From positions 207,576,001 through 207,640,000 of the forward strand of contig OX597814.1 of the NCBI GenBank assembly GCA_951406725.2: a stretch of 64,000 nucleotides of DNA. The letters are read 5' to 3'. This DNA is from Octopus vulgaris (lineage: Eukaryota). Below are positions 12,981 through 26,226 of this stretch, one piece after another (within the stretch, counting starts at the first letter, position 1; the number at the start of each line of letters is the position of its first letter). The notes below the pieces were generated by a model, which saw only the letters and a list, made by a program, of their open reading frames with translations, did no database searches and was not told the origin of the DNA. The translations under genes and the position numbers were made by a program.

Positions 12981-13320
12981 ATCAAAAAGAAAGAGGATGA
13001 AAAACAAAAAAAATTTACAATCCCTTAAAATTTGAAATAGGAAGAATTTGGAGTATGAAAACTGTAAAGGTGGTGTCTATAATAACTGGTGCATTGGAAC
13101 AGTAAGCAAAGATATAGATAAATGGCTGAAGGAGATTGGAATAGAAGTTCCAGTAGAGCTCCTACAGAAAGTTTGTCTCTTAGGGACAGCAAGGATTATC
13201 AGGAGGGTTCTAAGCACTTGAAAGACTACTGAAAACTTGTGGATACCTAAGGTTACAGGTAGTAACCTGCTACCCACATAAATCCTTCCAGGAATAAGAC
13301 TGAACCTGTGTCAAACCAAA
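12981..13320 (+). mobile_element. 5'-truncated R4/Dong-clade LINE (RLE C-terminus + 3' UTR) inserted in (AAT)n
   Basis: With frameshifts it reads IKKKEDEK..KFEIGRIWSMKTVKVVSIITGAL.TVSKDIDKWLKEIGIEVPVELLQKVCLLGTARIIRRVLST* (stop ~13221). (AAT)n lies on both sides, the known Dong target. Confidence 0.88.
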
Positions 13321-13402
13321 TAATAATAAGGATAATAATGATAACAATAATTCTATTAAAAAAAAAACCCTGTCTTTGAGTTTACCATTTAGACTGTATT
13401 AA

Positions 13403-13622
13403 CCCTTTCGTTACTGTGTTTATTTTGAGAGGCTCTGTGTTTCTTTCAATTACTTTAAATCTAACAAAGAATTTAGTAAAATAACTTAGTTATCATTAAG
13501 CTAGTATTAGGAACATAAGTTGTGACTAAGGTTTGGTGGAAGATTTTAATTCAAAACTTATGAAAACAAGACATTTGTACTTGGAGCCAGAGCCGGTTTC
13601 AGCCGGGTTTGTAACAAAAGGG
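13403..13622. mobile_element. piggyBac-type MITE, family 1
   Basis: TTAA on both sides; TIR ccctttcgttac / gtaacaaaaggg. Confidence 0.85.
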
Positions 13623-13889
13623 TTAATTTATAGCTTAACCAATATCATCCTTTACACTAAGATTCTTAAAAAGATTATGAAACAGCAAGAAGAAATTCAA
13701 AATTATATTAGGAAGCTACTGATGATGGAAATAGTAAAGAACATGTTTTGAGTTTTCCCAAATAATCATCTTCAGTGATATTAGAGTTCGACAGAGCTAG
13801 CTTTAGCAACAAGGCTTTATTAGATATGAGCCATCAAAGGAGATTTTTTATGTGGTTACGCTTAGCCTGTTATAGATTAAATGCCAAAA

Positions 13890-14110
13890 TAAGGTGGTGA
13901 GCTGGTTAATACTGTTAGCATGTCAGAGGAGATGCTTGGCATTTTGCTCTTTTTACATTCTGAGTTCAAATTCAACCAAGGTTGATTTTTGCCTTTCATC
14001 CGTTCAGGGTTGATCAAATAAGCAGCACCAGTCAATACTGGGGGTCAATGTAATCAATTTCCTCTCCCCTCAAAAGCTGTTGGCCTTGTGTCAAAATTTT
14101 GAATCCATAA
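13890..14110 (+). mobile_element. SINE family B (Meta-domain-like), diverged
   Basis: aaggtggtgagctgg head, gagttcaaatt B box, gcctttcatccgttcagggttgat core. Confidence 0.75.
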
Positions 14111-14244
14111 ATTAAATGCTAAACTTCACTCAAATAAAGCCCTACTGGCTTTTAAAAAAAAGGCTCAGGTTGAGGTGGGTGGCTAGACAGACAAAAAAGG
14201 AGTTTTTTTCAAACCAATGATGAATTCTTGTGAGCTAAACAGGG

Positions 14245-14462
14245 AACCTGGACATAGTTGCTTGATCTGCTAGAAATAACAGCTTAATCTCACTCAAATG
14301 TCTCTCTATAACTTAAAAAAAGAGTACACATTGGATGGTGTTGATACATATATTATCTGAAATTAAGAGAAAAGAAAAGAGAAGGATAGTTGTGGCTGTT
14401 AACATTTTTGATTGTAGGTCTGCTTGGCCTGAACTAACCAAGGGGCTGAACAACAACAACTA
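14245..14462 (+). repeat. Old interspersed repeat, family D, with (CAA)n tail (probable retroposon 3' end). Further copies at ~14.5, 16.4, 23.7, 27.7, 36.1, 36.6, 37.2, 37.9, 40.8(-), 41.6, 54.3, 61.1 and 61.9 kb
   Basis: Recurrent motifs gcttgacctgctagaaatagcagccaaatct, acattggataatgtagtc and taggtctgct...ggggctaaacaacaac. Confidence 0.75.
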
Positions 14463-15229
14463 CAAAAAATAAATAAATGAACAAAACAAAGACTTTTTTT
14501 TTGTAGCTAACAAGACTGTCTGTATATGAGTGCTTGGCCTGCTACAAATAACAGCTAAGTCTCTCTCAGACCCCCACCCCAGTAGCTTTAAAAGGAAGAA
14601 CACACTGGTTGGTGTAGTCTTAGATAAACTGTAAGAAGCTGGGATACCTCTGATTAGAAATCAGCTGCATCAAGCCTAGCTGGAAGCAAAAGCTATGATA
14701 GCAGCATTGATTTTGTTGCTGTTGTTTAAATCTATTATTTACATTCCTATTTGCAGAGAGGAGAATTTATTATTTTTTTTTTAGCAATAATTCTTACCTT
14801 ATTGGTTGGTAACCATTCAAAAGTTAGGGGTTTTTTAATTTTTTTTTCTTTTTTAGTCAGTCTAGCCAACCAGAACAAGTAGTGTTCTATATCTTGTTCA
14901 AGGAGTGCAACACAACTGCAATAAGAAGACCATATGGAACTTAAAACCTGATAATCAATTTTCCAGTATCTTAACTTTACAGGTAGACTTAAATAATCCT
15001 GTCTCTTGAAAACGTGCTGCTATTACAGTTACAGAAGTATTAGTGAGAGATTGACACAATGTTCCACTTTCTTTGTTCAATCAGCACAGAAGCTTCTACT
15101 GTCTTTCAGCCTGTTGTATCAGCTGCTAAATCTCCTTTAACAATCTACCTACCAACTAGGGTAAAAAAAAAAAAATAAATAAAAAAAAGGATAGAAAAAA
15201 AAAAGCCTGAATCTTAATTTTCAATATGA

Positions 15230-15435
15230 TCTTTTCTACAATAGGTGGAGGGCTAGATATTTTGCGGGAGGGGGCTAGTTGATTACATTGACCTCAGTGC
15301 TGAACTGGTGCTTTTTTCATTGACCCCCAAAAAAATGAAAGGTGAAATCAACTTTGGTAGAATTTGAACTCAGAGCATAAATTGTGTTAAGCATTTTGTC
15401 GAGTGTGCTAATGATTCTGCCAGCTTGCCACTCCA
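15230..15435 (-). mobile_element. SINE family B, diverged
   Basis: Reverse complement of the family B head and core (atgaaaggtgaaatcaac, gaatttgaactcag, ctgccagcttgccac). Confidence 0.75.
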
Positions 15436-15782
15436 AATTCTTAATATGGCAAGTTGTGCATGGCCTGACTAACAAACAAGCCAACTATAGAGTTTGGTGT
15501 AAGGTACTTAAATCTATAATAGTGTCCACAGTGTGGTCAGGAAATAGATTGAGTCATAGCATTTTTGGGAACCATGTTATATGTTCTAGCAAAGATGACT
15601 GGTTGTTTTCAAATGTCATTGAAATATGACTAAAATCTCTCAGGTTTAGGGTCCAATTCCTGAGCCATTTAAATATATAATACAATCATATTTTAAGGCA
15701 AATGTATAACAAGTACAAAACGTACAGTGTTTGCTGTGAGGTAGCTGGGGCAGATGCTGTATAACAAGTGATCCTGAACATA

Positions 15783-16180
15783 GTGGCTGTGTGGTAAGAA
15801 AGTTGCTTCCCAGCCATATGGTTCCGGTATCAGTCCCACTGTGTTGCACCTTGGGCGAGTGTCTTCTGTTATAGCCTTCAGCCTATCAAAACCTTGTGAG
15901 TGGGTTTGATAGACAGAAACTGAAAGAGGCCCATCATTTATTATGTAATATACGTTTGTGTGTGACTTTGTGTCTGTGTTTGTCCCCCATCACTGCTTGA
16001 CAACCAATGTTGATGTGTTTACATCCCTGTAACTTAGCATTTCAGCAAAAAGAGGCCGATAGAGTATGTACCAGGCTTAATAAAAAATAAGTACTGGAGT
16101 TGATTCATTTCACTAAAAATTCTTCAAGATAGTGCCCCAGCATGGCTGCAGTCCAATGACTGAAACAAGTAAGAGATGAA
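15783..16180 (+). mobile_element. SINE family A, diverged full-length copy
   Basis: Same head, core and tail order as 9333-9747. Confidence 0.85.
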
Positions 16181-17069
16181 AGGCAGTAGCAGCTGTATTT
16201 GCAGTTGGGATAATTGCAGCTTAAAAGTACACTCTCTCATCAAAATGTCTCTCAGTCAGCTCTTTATTTCAAAAGTTTATTAATGATAGTATGATGAGTG
16301 GAGGAAAGTGACAAAAACCACTTCAAAAAATGTAGAATGAAGAGGCTAATCAAATCACTTTGTCACTCTGGCTACTGACCTACAGTCAACACCTCAATGA
16401 TGAGAAATTGTAGCTGTTTACTTGATCTCCTAAAAGTAGGAGCCAAATTACCCTCAAATCACACTCTACATTAGATAATGTTTTCTTGTAGAAGCCCCCA
16501 AAAAACAGGATGGTTACAATTGAAATGTTTTTCATCATAGACTTGCTTAATCAGGACTGGCTCAAGACTAAACAGTGATCCTTTACTGCTTGGGAGACTA
16601 TCCCCACTCTCACATTTTTTAGAACTTCTTTTTCTTTCAGCCAAAGTGTCAATCCCAAACTATCACTATTCTCTTCTTCCTCTCTATCCTCAACAACATA
16701 CAAGCTTATTCGGGTTTATGAACTTTTCTAAATATGATTATTAAGCTGATTTAAACCTCCCATTGTTCCCATCATTCCATTATACTGTATGTCGCTCTGA
16801 TTATTTTAGAATTTTTCACAATTAGAGCATGTTAAAAGTAAAATAGTGAAGGAATGTGTGTACACATGTATGCACATATGTAAGGCATAGCCATGTCTGT
16901 GTGATTGAGGAATTCACTTACTAATCAAGCGGCCTTCAGGTCAGTTCCACCTTGGGCAGGTGTCATCTACAAAAACTCCAGACTAACCCAAACCTTGTGA
17001 CTAGATTTGGTAGACAGTAGCTTCAAGAAGCACATCATGTGTGTGTGTGTGTGTGTTTGTATGTACACA

Positions 17070-17340
17070 CATGGCCTAGTTGTTAGTGTTGCATTCACGA
17101 TCACGAGATCATGGTTTCAATTCCTAGACCAGGTGGTGTATTGTGTTCTTGAGCCAAACACTTATCTCACGTTGCTCTGCGATCACTTTGACACCTGATG
17201 CATGGTACACAGTGCAGCTGTTCAGACAACATCGATCTGATGGAGAGAGTGAGCTAATGTGCAGCACAAACATTTGATCACTATAAACAAATCTTTTGTG
17301 CAGGTCATTTGATAATTGTTGAATGCTCATATATTGTCTT
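17070..17340 (+). mobile_element. SINE family E, nested in the TG tract of an older family A head
   Basis: catggcctagttgttag A box, gtttcaattcct B box, gttcttgagccaaacacttatctcacgttgctc core. Confidence 0.75.
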
Positions 17341-17452
17341 CAACATGAGAGTCCATCACACACACACACACACACACATACACGTGTGTATGTGTGCTTC
17401 TGTATGAAACTGTGAGGTTTGTTGACATTTCCTTGTCAACAAATTATTAGGT

Positions 17453-17701
17453 AGTTGAGTCAAGTGAAACCATAGTTGTGGCCAATACCAGTGCCACCTG
17501 ACTGGCCCCTGTGCCAGTGACACATAAAAAGCACCCACTACACTCTCAGGGTGGTTGGCATTAGGAAGGGCATCCAACTTTAGAAACCTTGCCAGATCAG
17601 ATTGGAGCCTGGTGCCGCCTCCTGGCTTGCCAGTCCTCAGTCAATCTGTCCAATCCATGCCAGTATGGATAGTGGACGTTAAATGGTGATGATGATGATG
17701 A

Positions 17702-17705
<4 letters not shown>
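17453..17705 (+). mobile_element. RTE 3' end variant with a single hairpin unit
   Basis: gtgccagtgacacataaaaagcacccactacactc...ggacgttaaatggtgatgatgatg. Confidence 0.85.
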
Positions 17706-17754
<49 letters not shown>

Positions 17755-19538
17755 TGCATGAATTAATCCTTTATAGCTACAGGCTACAATATGACATTGA
17801 TATTTTGATTACATGGCGAATGTGGACAAATATTTAGGAATGGATCTTGAATAACACAATTACACACAAGTTTTGGTTAAAGGAGGAATCTTTACACACA
17901 CATACTAGCTACGGTTGCACCTGATACTTTTTGTTACTCATGCTTCAAGCTTTCTCTCCCAAGAAAGTTCAATGAATATTTTTCTCTGAATGTTTTCTTT
18001 CTATGGGTTATTTCCTGGTGGTATGACCTAACAACACTACAGCTGCTTTTTGTTTGTCACTTTAATCTTTTGATGTTCTACTTGATACAGTTAACACGAA
18101 GGGAGTCATTATGACTTCATCATGTACATCTCATACACTCAGTCTGTCAGGGTAGCCACATTATGTATTTATTATTTATCAAACAATGTGGCCTGCATAT
18201 CCTGTCTCTGGTGGAAATAGTATAAAATAGTTCAGGCATCTTGTTGGTGTTGCTTGTAGACATTGATGTCTTTAATGTAATATTGTAGTTATATTTTTCA
18301 AAATTCTTTATTTATCTATGAGTTATTACTAGTAACAAAGGTAATTTCATAGTTGTCATGGCACAGTCAATTCTTTTCTCTCTACAGAGAAACAAATAGT
18401 TTTTATGCAGAATGTCATTTTAATTAGATTAAAATGATGGCATTCTCTGAAGAGTAGTTGAATCATTTTCTTATCAGTTTTTCCAACTGACAATATGATA
18501 TGAACCAGAATGATTGTAAACAACTTATCCATATTAAGTTGTCAGGAAACTCTGTAGTCTAGAAAAATATCTTCTCAACGTCACTGTCATAGTCAACCTT
18601 ACCATCTTCACCAACATTACTATTGCCATCATCATCATCATCATCACTCAGCAAGTCCCATCAACACAACCATCATCATGCCATACCACAGTGAAATCTA
18701 AAACTTGCCGAAAGATTGATTAAGATGACCAATATAAAAATGAGGAATAATTCTGTCGTTATACGAAGATATATTCATTACCATCAGAGCCATCGATGGT
18801 TTCAAAAACCACGGAGAATTAAAATGTCTCTAACCTACTTGTTTGGAGTATTTTCAAATGGTGACATTTTTTCAACATTGTCAAAGCTGCTTCTGTTACA
18901 ATTACTTGACCTACTCAATGTAGCAATCCAAATTTACTTTTTCACATAAACACTTTTAAAATGAAGACTACTTGTGTTTTAGTCCTGAATCAATTTTGTT
19001 ATATCTACCTGGTTATAAAGATAGTTTGAGCAAGAGAGGGAGGCTGATCAAAAACTGAAATTAGACCTAAACTGATGAGTTATGTATTTAAATATTTTGC
19101 AAACTGGGTGTATTGAATTACCTGTGTACTTTCTAAGCATTTGATCAGCTTACATACATTCTGCAGAGTTGTTCAAGGGACTATTACTCAAGAAGAGCAA
19201 AAACTTTAAGGAGTGTGAGACTCTTCAAAAGGAATACTCTCTGCCCAACAAGAAACATCAGCTTATGTCAACCTCATAGTTATTTGAATGAAATGAAGAT
19301 GATTCACCATAGTAGAGCTTGTAAATTCAAACTCTGAATACAGAATAAACACACACCCAAGGACAAGCATAACCTTTTCCACAAACAGTTCAAAGATCTT
19401 TCATTATAAACAGCAGGCCCTTAGCTGCTAAACATTGTAATTATTACAATTTAGCTTATTTGTACATTTTTGCCAGCCAGCCAGCCAACTTTTTATCCTT
19501 TGGCAAATTCATATGCATTTATTATCCTTTTAAGTACT

Positions 19539-19893
19539 CATCGTCATCATCATCGTTTAACGTTCGCTTTCCATGCTAGCATGGGTTGGACGGTTCAACT
19601 GGGGTCTGGGAAGCCAGAAGGCTGCACCAGGCCCAGTCTGATCTGGCAGTGTTTCTACAGCTGGATGCCCTTCCTAATGCAAACCACTCCGTGAGTGTAG
19701 TGGGTGCTTTTTACATGCCACCGGCACAGGTGCCAGACGAGGCTGGCAAACGGCCACAATCGGATGGTGCTTTTTGCGTGCCACTGGCACGGAGACCAGA
19801 CGAAGCTGGCAATGGCCACGGTCAGATGGTGCTTTTTACGTGCCACCGGCACGGAAGCCAGTCAGGGCAGCACTGGCTACAGCCACGTTCGGA
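19539..19893 (-). mobile_element. RTE 3' UTR copy with 3 hairpin units
   Basis: Reverse complement of the 10.1-kb copy; flanked by the direct repeat taagtact (19531 and 19894). Confidence 0.9.
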
Positions 19894-20113
19894 TAAGTAC
19901 TACAATATCAATTTCAGTCCTTCCTAGCATAAACCTAGAACTCATTAAACTAGGATTTCATGTGTTACTTTTTGTTGATTCTAAATATTTTATTACTACT
20001 GATGAGTGATGTTTTCACCCATTATTAATAGACTGTCTTTCACTATCTCTGGCCCACTCACTCACTCACTACATTGTCTCTTTCTCTAGTTTTAGAAGTG
20101 TAACATCCTTAAC

Positions 20114-20170
<57 letters not shown>

Positions 20171-20299
20171 TTTCACCCAAACCGAGATGACTATATGAGT
20201 AACTGAAGCAATCTTCTTAGGTTTGCCTTTTCTTGTTCTTTACTCAACCCAAACCTCACCCCACAAGTGATTGACTATTTCACTCACTTTCTTGCTGTT

Positions 20300-20572
20300 G
20301 TGAGAAAACAAAAGAATGATTGCCTGAAACTCTGGAAGAAAGATTCTTCCCACCATTTCCAACCCCATTTCACCACTAAAGAATGCCTTTATGAACCACA
20401 GACCCAATAAGTTGTTCTGCCTTTTTAATTTCATTCATCTGGACCTTCTTGTCTTTTCCCAAGAGCATTTCATCTAACCCTACCTGTTACTTACAAATGA
20501 AAATGTCTGTAAGTTACACATATAAAGATAAAGCCACTCACTCAGTATTTTTGGCCTGCTTTTCTTCCAGTA

Positions 20573-20624
<52 letters not shown>

Positions 20625-21620
20625 CAAATCACCACCTTCTCCATGTCACTTATCTCACCAAAATGTGAGTGAGTTCTCTTTTTCCAACTAAACAACAAGA
20701 CTGGACTTGGCAATGTTTTGTCAATTACTTTCAAACAAACATAAGTTTACTTAGTGTTGTCAGAATCAATGAATACCCAAGGGTACTTTACCAGGCTTCA
20801 GTTTTTTTGGGTTTTTTTCGGAAAGCTTATAATTAGAAAAAAACAAAAAACAAAGACATTCTTATAACACCTGTTTCCTAAAGATATAACACTTCAAACA
20901 ATTCACTTCTTAACAACAATAGACATTCCTATGTGGCTGATATCACTCTTCAATCACCTTCTTCACACAGGCATCAGCCGCACACAACATCTTGTGGTAG
21001 GCATTCACTGCTCTATTGTGAAAACATTTTCCAGTGGGGACATGACAACATAGTCACAATACAATCAATACAACCACTACACATATCAAATGAACAGACT
21101 CTTTTCATGAACACTCAACTTAAAATCTAAATTTGCTACTGAAACTAGTAATCACCCTATCTGACCTCTCAAGGCAACTCCACTTGTATGTAACTGCTTC
21201 ACAAAGACTAAAATTTTTGTATAGGACTTCAGCCCCCCTCATCAATTGTTGATACCCTAAAATAGACCCACACTGGAGAACTGCTCACATAAACGAGAAA
21301 CTACTACTGCTGCACAAACACTGATGTCAAAAGAAAGCCATTCAGCTGATTGATAATGATTCATCCGCCAGCATTCTTCAATCACTAGCTCACAGGTGTC
21401 TGATATCCTCTCTCTGCCTCTTTTATTAGCGTTGTAATTGATTCTACTCTTCTGAACTAGATAACTGCACTGCATATTCCTTCTACTTAGCACTCCTCCT
21501 CCCATCACCTTCACTGATTTCCACTTCACAGATTCCCTCCTTCCCCCACTTTGTTAATTCCTTCTTTCCCAAGGACTGCAAACTTCAGGAATTCCCTTCT
21601 CAAGGAAACTCCTATCAATG
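20300..21620 (+). pseudogene. Degenerate LINE ORF2 (RT + C-terminus; CR1/Jockey group), interrupted by (CA)n and deletions
   Basis: Ordered fragments SYVADITL, NIFQWGHDNIV, KIRPTLENCSHI, KAIQLIDN, LQSLAHRCLISSLCLFY and NSFFPRTA...NSL match the family motifs YADD, IRPxLEYCSHIW, SLxHRRxVxSLxLFY and SFFPRTxxLWNSLP. Confidence 0.8.
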
Positions 21621-22560
21621 AAGCAAATATATGATTCCAGCTGTGTGTGCATTAATTAATGGTCTAATCTGCAACATTGACAATTGCTTACAATCTTATT
21701 TGCTGTATCACATTGAATACAAAATGAGGAAACTGCCAATACACAGTGCAACACATGTAACATATATTGGTAGTGTTATTCTCTTTACTGTTTACTACAG
21801 TTATTTATCTGTGGCCATGCTACGATTACATCTATATCAGTATTTAGTCAGAAGCTCATTTTATCAAATGACTGAGTTTACTTGAGTTACTTCCCTTTTG
21901 CAAACTTAAATACTGCAAAGCTCTCTCTCTCTCCCTCCCTCTCTCTCTCCCTCTCTCTATCTCTCTCTCTCTCTCACACACACACATACAAAGATGGCTT
22001 CTGCAGTTCCTGTCTACTGATTGGCTCGCACGGTATTATTAAACCAGGGGTTATAAAGCAGAAGACACTTGCTTAAAGTACTATACAGTGTGATCAAAGC
22101 CAGAACCATGTGGCTGCAAAGTGAACTTCTTAACACCACAGCTGTATGCATTCACATCAAAGAACATCTGTATGAGAGCATTCCTCTACTTAAAAATACA
22201 CTTGTTTACTTGTCTTAACTGGAAGATCACCTTAGAGAATCAGCTAATGAAAGTATGAAAGGAATGATCGTTAGGTACCTTAAGCAAGAAATTAACAATC
22301 ACTGAGCTGTGAAACTTTCATCAGTTTATTGATACTAACGTGTTTACCACTTGGTAAAATCTCTTAACGGCACAATGTTATGTTGCCTGTTATTACTTGT
22401 TTCCTGTTCTGTATTAAGAAATTCTTGTATTCCTGTGTTTCATTGTGTTGGCTTCTATTCTAAGATATACTTTCCTATTTAACCTGCTTGATAATGACCT
22501 ACCTGTGTGAGCTCGCCTCTGGTTCTATGATACAAAAACTTCTGTTCACATTTAAATTAA

Positions 22561-22781
22561 CCCTTTAGCATTCAAACCGGCCATATCCGGCCAGAATATT
22601 TAACCTGTTTTATACTGAAACTGACCAGAGCTTGCCTCTTACCTCAGCCCTACCATGTCATTCTAAAACTAAAAAAACCACATCACTGTAATCTCTAAAC
22701 TACAAGATAATACATGATTAATTCAAAACAATATAAATAAACAAACATCACATTTGACAGAATAATATGAACACTAAAGGG
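22561..22781 (+). mobile_element. piggyBac-type MITE, family 2
   Basis: TTAA|ccctttag...ctaaaggg|TTAA; homologous to the copies at 43690 and 52013. Confidence 0.88.
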
Positions 22782-24334
22782 TTAAACCTTTCTATAATAA
22801 TTTTATGCAAGAACTTGCTATGTTCAAAACACCAGATTAATAATGATAATAATAATAATAATAATAAAACAACTAATTATTTTACCTTCTTAATTTCCAT
22901 TCCTTGGACGATTGCAGTAGCTTCCTGCTCAACCCCTCTATATTTCTGGAGAAAGAGAGGTAGTGAGTGTTTCTCCATAACTGTTTCACACAACACATCA
23001 TAGTTGATTTAGAGAGGGGTGGGTAGTGAGGAGGGAATAAAAACAGCTGACCACATTACTTTATTACTTTGACACCTGTTAGGATGAAAGGCCAAATTGA
23101 CCTTAGCAGGATTTGGACCCAAATTGCTGAGAACTTGAATACCACCAGGAACTGTATCTGGCACTTTAACATTCTATCTGCCAGTTCAAAATCTTATTAA
23201 ACCTTTGATTATTTCAAAATTGAATTGGATTGAAACGCAGTTTGTTTTATCAGAAGTATGGTCAAGAAGAAGTTAATAACTCTTCAAAATAATTAACATA
23301 TTCTAATTTTTTAAAATAACATATTTGCAACCACAAAGTCTATATTTGTTTCTTGCCATTTATTTTCTATTTGTATTTTTTACTCTAGTAATAGCAAAAC
23401 CCACACTGAAGTAAGCTTCAGTTTTAGTAGGTTAATTTCAAACTTGGTCAACAAAACAAGTATTAAAATAGGAATGTTAGTAAAGAATTATTACTTGTGA
23501 TATTTGATAGGTATGATTAATAGGTGAAAGAAAATTTGTAAATAATAATTATGTTGTCAATTTTCCAAGGAACCACCCTCTGGTACTTTGATATAAAACA
23601 TCCTGTTATAAGGTGTTAAATATTTTATGTAACATTCATAAAATTTTTGTTATATGTTCTCAAACACCAGTTTTAATGTTGCAATTAGTGGTTATCCTAG
23701 AAGGAAGCCTCTACATAGTTGTTTGACCTAACAGAAATAGCAACCATATATGTATTAAATTACATTCTACCATTCCTAAAAATAGGACTCACTAGATAAT
23801 GGGGTTCTAGGATACACTGCCTGAGAAAAGATGTGATTCTCAACTTAATATACTGTCAGTCATAGCTCAACTTAGGCTGATTGGAGGCTAAGCAACAGCA
23901 AATTAATGAAAAGTTAGTTAGTTTATGAAATCACCCAAATTTTTACCCTGCTAATTAACTGAAAGATAACCTGTGTATTTTATGATAAATATAGTCACCA
24001 AAAATGTTCATGATTTGGATGCTTTTTTTCTCGCATTTTAGTAACTCAGCTCCAAGATTACTTGATATCATAAACAATATATTTACATATATTCTCTCCA
24101 TGTAATCACAATTTAGTATCTTTTTTAACAATTTTTTTCAAGCTGAAGGAAGTGAATTACCAGAATTGGTAACAGTGGTGGACAAAATACCATTCAGTAT
24201 TTAGTTACATCTCTGTATCTTCTGCTATGGTCGATTTATAGCTTTTATCCTTCCATGGTTGATAAAATAAATAAGCAGCCTAATACTGGGGTTGATTCAG
24301 TTGACTGTTCTCTTTCTTTGGAAATATTGGTCTT

Positions 24335-24432
24335 TGGAGCCTGGTGCAGCCTCCTGGCTTCCCAGACCCCGGTCGAACCTTCCAACCCATGCTAGCATGG
24401 AAAACAGATGTTAAACGATGATGATGATGATG
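24335..24432 (+). mobile_element. Short RTE 3' end
   Basis: tggagcctggtgcagcctcc...gttaaacgatgatgatgatg. Confidence 0.85.
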
Positions 24433-25351
24433 TTATAATACAGATAAGTGGATAGTGAGCTGACAGAATCATTAGCATGTCAGACAAAATGCTGAGCAGC
24501 TTTTCTTCCAGCTCTTTATTTCTGAGTTCAGATCCTGCCAAGATCAATTTTACATTTCATCCCTTTCAGGCTAATAAAATATAAAATACGGGAATTGATG
24601 TAATTGACTTTACCCTTTTCCCTAAATAATTACTGGCCTTAAACCCTGCAATGGACAAGCATCCTATTCGAGAGAACATTTATGATCTGAGTCACTTTTA
24701 TGCCATGGAAACAGGGTAACCAGCCTCATGCATCTTAGGGCTTGAGAAAAAAAGTACAAAGAAAAAAAGAGAGAAAGAGAAAGAGAATATGAGTATCTGA
24801 TGGCAGTGGTTATATTACAGTTGTGGGGCGGATAAAATAAAAAATACCATTGCAACCAAATATTAGAATTAATGTAGTCAACAATATCCTCTCCCCTACC
24901 AAATTTGTGGTCTTGTACCTATATTAGAAATCAATAATTTCTACTGACCACTAGGCAAGCAAAAATGTTACACATCACATGGCCACACTTTGTATGGTAA
25001 TTGATTGTACTAAGACTAATATTCACTCCAGAACCGTTTAAACAGCTGAAACATAAGGTACTCTTTAAATATATTTTTTTTAACATACAGTAGAATGGTA
25101 GAATAAGTCATACTAGAAGAAATAACTTTAAAATTAACGAAAAAAATAAATATGATTAGCTAAGGAAATAACTTAAATGAGCCAATGACTGAATTTGGAT
25201 AAATAAAGTGCAGGCATGGCACTTAACAAATTAGCTTTCCAACCACATGGTTTCAGGTTCAGTCCCACTAAGTGGTACCTTGGGTCTCTTTTCCTGTAGC
25301 TCTAAACAAACCAATTCTATGAGTGAATTTGTAGAGGAAAGTTAGAGGTAT

Positions 25352-25409
<58 letters not shown>

Positions 25410-25600
25410 CGTATATGCACACATGTGCACGTGTGAATGTGCATGAATTCTGATGTATGTGAATGCTGATATTCCGCATTTGTTACTGCTTGAACAAAAT
25501 GCTATTAATGTTGACATTCAGTGTTGACCTTATCACCTGTTCATTCAATGCTTTTGATGAACAAAAAAAAAGAAAGATCACTTTCTTTTAAAAAAAGAAA

Positions 25601-25669
25601 AAAGTAACAGATAACACAGCACGAATAAAAAGTAACACAGCACGAATAAAAAGTAACACAGCACAAATA
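25601..25669. repeat. 21-bp minisatellite, ~2.5-3 units
   Basis: taacacagcacgaataaaaag repeated. Confidence 0.9.
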
Positions 25670-25810
25670 TTCAACCCTAAAATTCTGCCTGCCTTCCTGA
25701 AATGAATACCTGTCTAACCCATGGAACAATGAATATTAAATGAACAAATGGAGTAAAGGATAATGTGCTGAATGTTGTTTGCAAAAAAATTCTTAATTGG
25801 TCAAAATATA

Positions 25811-26016
25811 TACTCTTTTACTCTTTTACCTGTTTCAGTCATTTGACTGTGGCCATGCTGGAGCACCGCATTTAATCGAGCAACTCGACCCCGGGACTTA
25901 TTCTTTAGTAAGCCCAGTACTTATTCTATCGGTCTCTTTTGCCGAACCGCTAAGTAACGGGGACATAAACACACCAGCATAGGTTGTCAAGCAATGCTAG
26001 GGGGACAAACACAGAC
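25811..26016 (-). mobile_element. SINE family A, 3' half
   Basis: Reverse complement of the family A tail. Confidence 0.88.
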
Positions 26017-26174
26017 ATATATATAAAAAAAAGAAACAAAGTTAGCAGCACTTGTAAGCAATTCTCAATGAAGAAAGGGTATAATTTCAAGAAGTTAAAA
26101 AACTAATTTCTGAAAGTTAATTTATATGTTTGTGGATGGGGATAGTCTGCTCTTTGTTTGCAGGCAAGGGTTAA

Positions 26175-26226
26175 GTATGGGCATGTTTCGGTGTATTAGA
26201 CCTCATCAGTATAGTATACCCATACC
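26175..26226 (-). ncRNA. Hammerhead-ribozyme-like motif (minimal type I, probably inactive)
   Basis: Minus strand gtatgggtatactataCTGATGAggt-ctaatac-accGAAAcatgcccatac: both core boxes, a 3-bp stem II and flanking gtatggg/cccatac complementarity. The expected GUH reads GCC. Confidence 0.45.

Noticed and set aside
19166-19220. Possible 48-nt exon ctgcag|...|gtgaga
   Set aside because: Weak pyrimidine tract and no recognisable peptide; not distinguishable from chance.
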